Positions 62,218 to 64,000 of a stretch of DNA of 64,000 bases are shown here, piece after piece (the first letter of the stretch is position 1; every line of letters starts with the position of its first letter). The notes beneath the pieces were generated by a model. It saw only the letters and a list, made by a program, of their open reading frames with translations. It was not told the origin of the DNA and ran no database searches. The stretch is from Podarcis tiliguerta (taxonomy: Eukaryota): the NCBI GenBank assembly GCA_965153285.1, contig OZ229110.1. The stretch is one strand, 5' to 3'. A program made the translations under genes and the position numbers.

Positions 62218-63658
62218 GTAACTCCTGAGTTCTGATAGCCGTTGTCACAAGTTTACAGCATGTTTTCTATTTCAGGATGAGATTAATAGCTGATTCTCCA
62301 ACCAGCTGGAAGATGTTTCAGGAGAGTTTGCTTCTTTCCCTAGCTGTAGGGTTGAGATCTGTAATGGTAAACAAGTGGCAGCTTCCTAATGCCATGGCAA
62401 CATGCTTGCTTGATGGTTCTATACTTTAGCAGTATGTATGTGACCTCCAAAAGCATAGTGAAGCTGGAGACCACTGGGCAACTCTAGATGCAGAGCGCCT
62501 GGTGCTTAGCAGAGAGAGGAACAAGGTACCTTCCATCCTTCCAACATATGGCTTTAATGAATTATTTTTGCTGCCCGTCACATTCCAAAAGAGGGATATC
62601 CCCGAGCTTATCTGATAGCATATAGGAACTATTCCATAATTGTATCACCTCATATATATTTTTTACAAAAGTGGTGTTTAGAAAGGCTGTTGCTTTTTTG
62701 TTAACTTTTCCTCTCCCTTGAATAATCAAAACTATTAATAGTGAAAAAAGAGAGTGCCACCCTGAATATAACAGCTGTGCTTGCCAGAATCACATTGCAC
62801 TGGAATATAAAATGGCTGTTTCCCTATGTTTCTGGAATTCCCTTTTCCTGCAGACTCAACAAAATATGAGCCATAAGTTCTGACAGAAGCGCTACGGTAT
62901 GCATGTTTAGTATTGTTTTTAATTGTTTGGTTTTCAATAACAGGAGGGAGTAATGTGATATTATTACATTAATTGGTATTTTATGCATTTGTTGCAAGTT
63001 ACTGCTCTTGAAAGCATAATAAATTTTGTGTGTAGATGAATGCCTTTGAAAGGAGCTTACATTTGGGTTTTGGACTGGACGACAGCAGTGTTTTGTAAAC
63101 CCAGATGAACAGCAAATGTACTATGCCAACGCATAGAATCATCTGAGGATTTACTTCCTCACAGCAGGATCTCTTGGCAAATCAGCCCAGCCACTGAAAG
63201 AGAGAGAGAAGAATTAGGGAGCCTGTGGCGTCCCAGGTGTTGCTGGATTACAACTTTCATCACCAGTGACATTTGGTTATGTGGTCTGGAGCTGATGGAG
63301 GTCCAACAAAATCTCAAGGGCTACAGGCATTTATACCCCTGCTATAGACACTCATTTTAAATGGCTCCAGGGGATGGAGAAAATATTGCAAATATGTGCT
63401 TAGTGAAAAGTTGGATCATTTACTAGTTGCACTGCACAGAGATTAGCGAGCATAGAATTTGCAGTGGAAATGGAGAAAAAAGAAACCAAATTTCCTTAGG
63501 GTAGGTTTGTTGACTTTATCTATTACTTTCCACAACAAAAACTTCAGAAACAATTTACAACAGGAACAAAATGCAGCAATGAAAATATGTAGTATTTTAA
63601 AAGCATAGAATAAAAACATCCAAACATTTGGTGCTTCCAAAATGCCCAAGAAATCTAA

Positions 63659-63897
63659 CTTAAATCTTGTGATGTGGGTGGAGGGTAAATAAGAATCTGT
63701 AGGAGTGGGTGTCAATTTGTGAAAGCCGTAGCAGGGAAGGAAGGAAGTCTGAGCGTGACAAAGCGCAGTGTAAATAAGAAAACACTAAGATGCTGGATGT
63801 AAGAGTTTATGTTTAATTGGACTTTGTTTTTGAAAATTTGACTTATGTTCTTATTTGATTTTGCTTTTGAAAATTTAATAAAAAGTATTTTTTTTAA
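63659..63897 (+). mobile_element. 5'-truncated L1-type retroposed fragment
   Basis: 20-bp TSD AAAATGCCCAAGAAATCTAA (63639-63658 / 63898-63917); AATAAA near the 3' end. Confidence 0.75.
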
Positions 63898-64000
63898 AAA
63901 ATGCCCAAGAAATCTAAAATGCCTGGCACCTAAATGATGATAAAGTTATTCCTCTCTAAGACTAGAATTCATGGACATTCTGTGAAGATGGAGGTTGGTC

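Overview
Vertebrate genomic DNA, most likely a squamate (probably lacertid lizard), judged from its SINE, CR1, L2 and MITE content. The + strand carries the last four coding exons of EHD4 (648-23067) and the first 23 coding exons of SPTBN5 (30509-62217, continuing past the window), with consistent GT-AG phases throughout. The last EHD4 intron (5458-22530) is almost filled by two young, apparently intact antisense retroelements. The first is a full-length CR1 LINE (esterase ORF1, APE-RT ORF2) with 19 apparently identical 150-bp monomers at its 5' end, inserted just behind the splice donor. The second is a Ngaro-type tyrosine-recombinase retrotransposon (gag, RT/RNase H, YR, SGNH hydrolase) with split direct repeats A1...B1-A2-spacer-B2. 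The best candidate for an undescribed system is the Ngaro terminal A2-spacer-B2 module: it looks like a self-contained ~500-nt transcription unit with extensive base pairing, and that pairing is conserved in a diverged solo copy at ~42.1-42.8 kb. The YR and hydrolase ORFs lack usable ATGs but sit behind same-phase splice acceptors. All calls were made by eye, without database searches or folding software.
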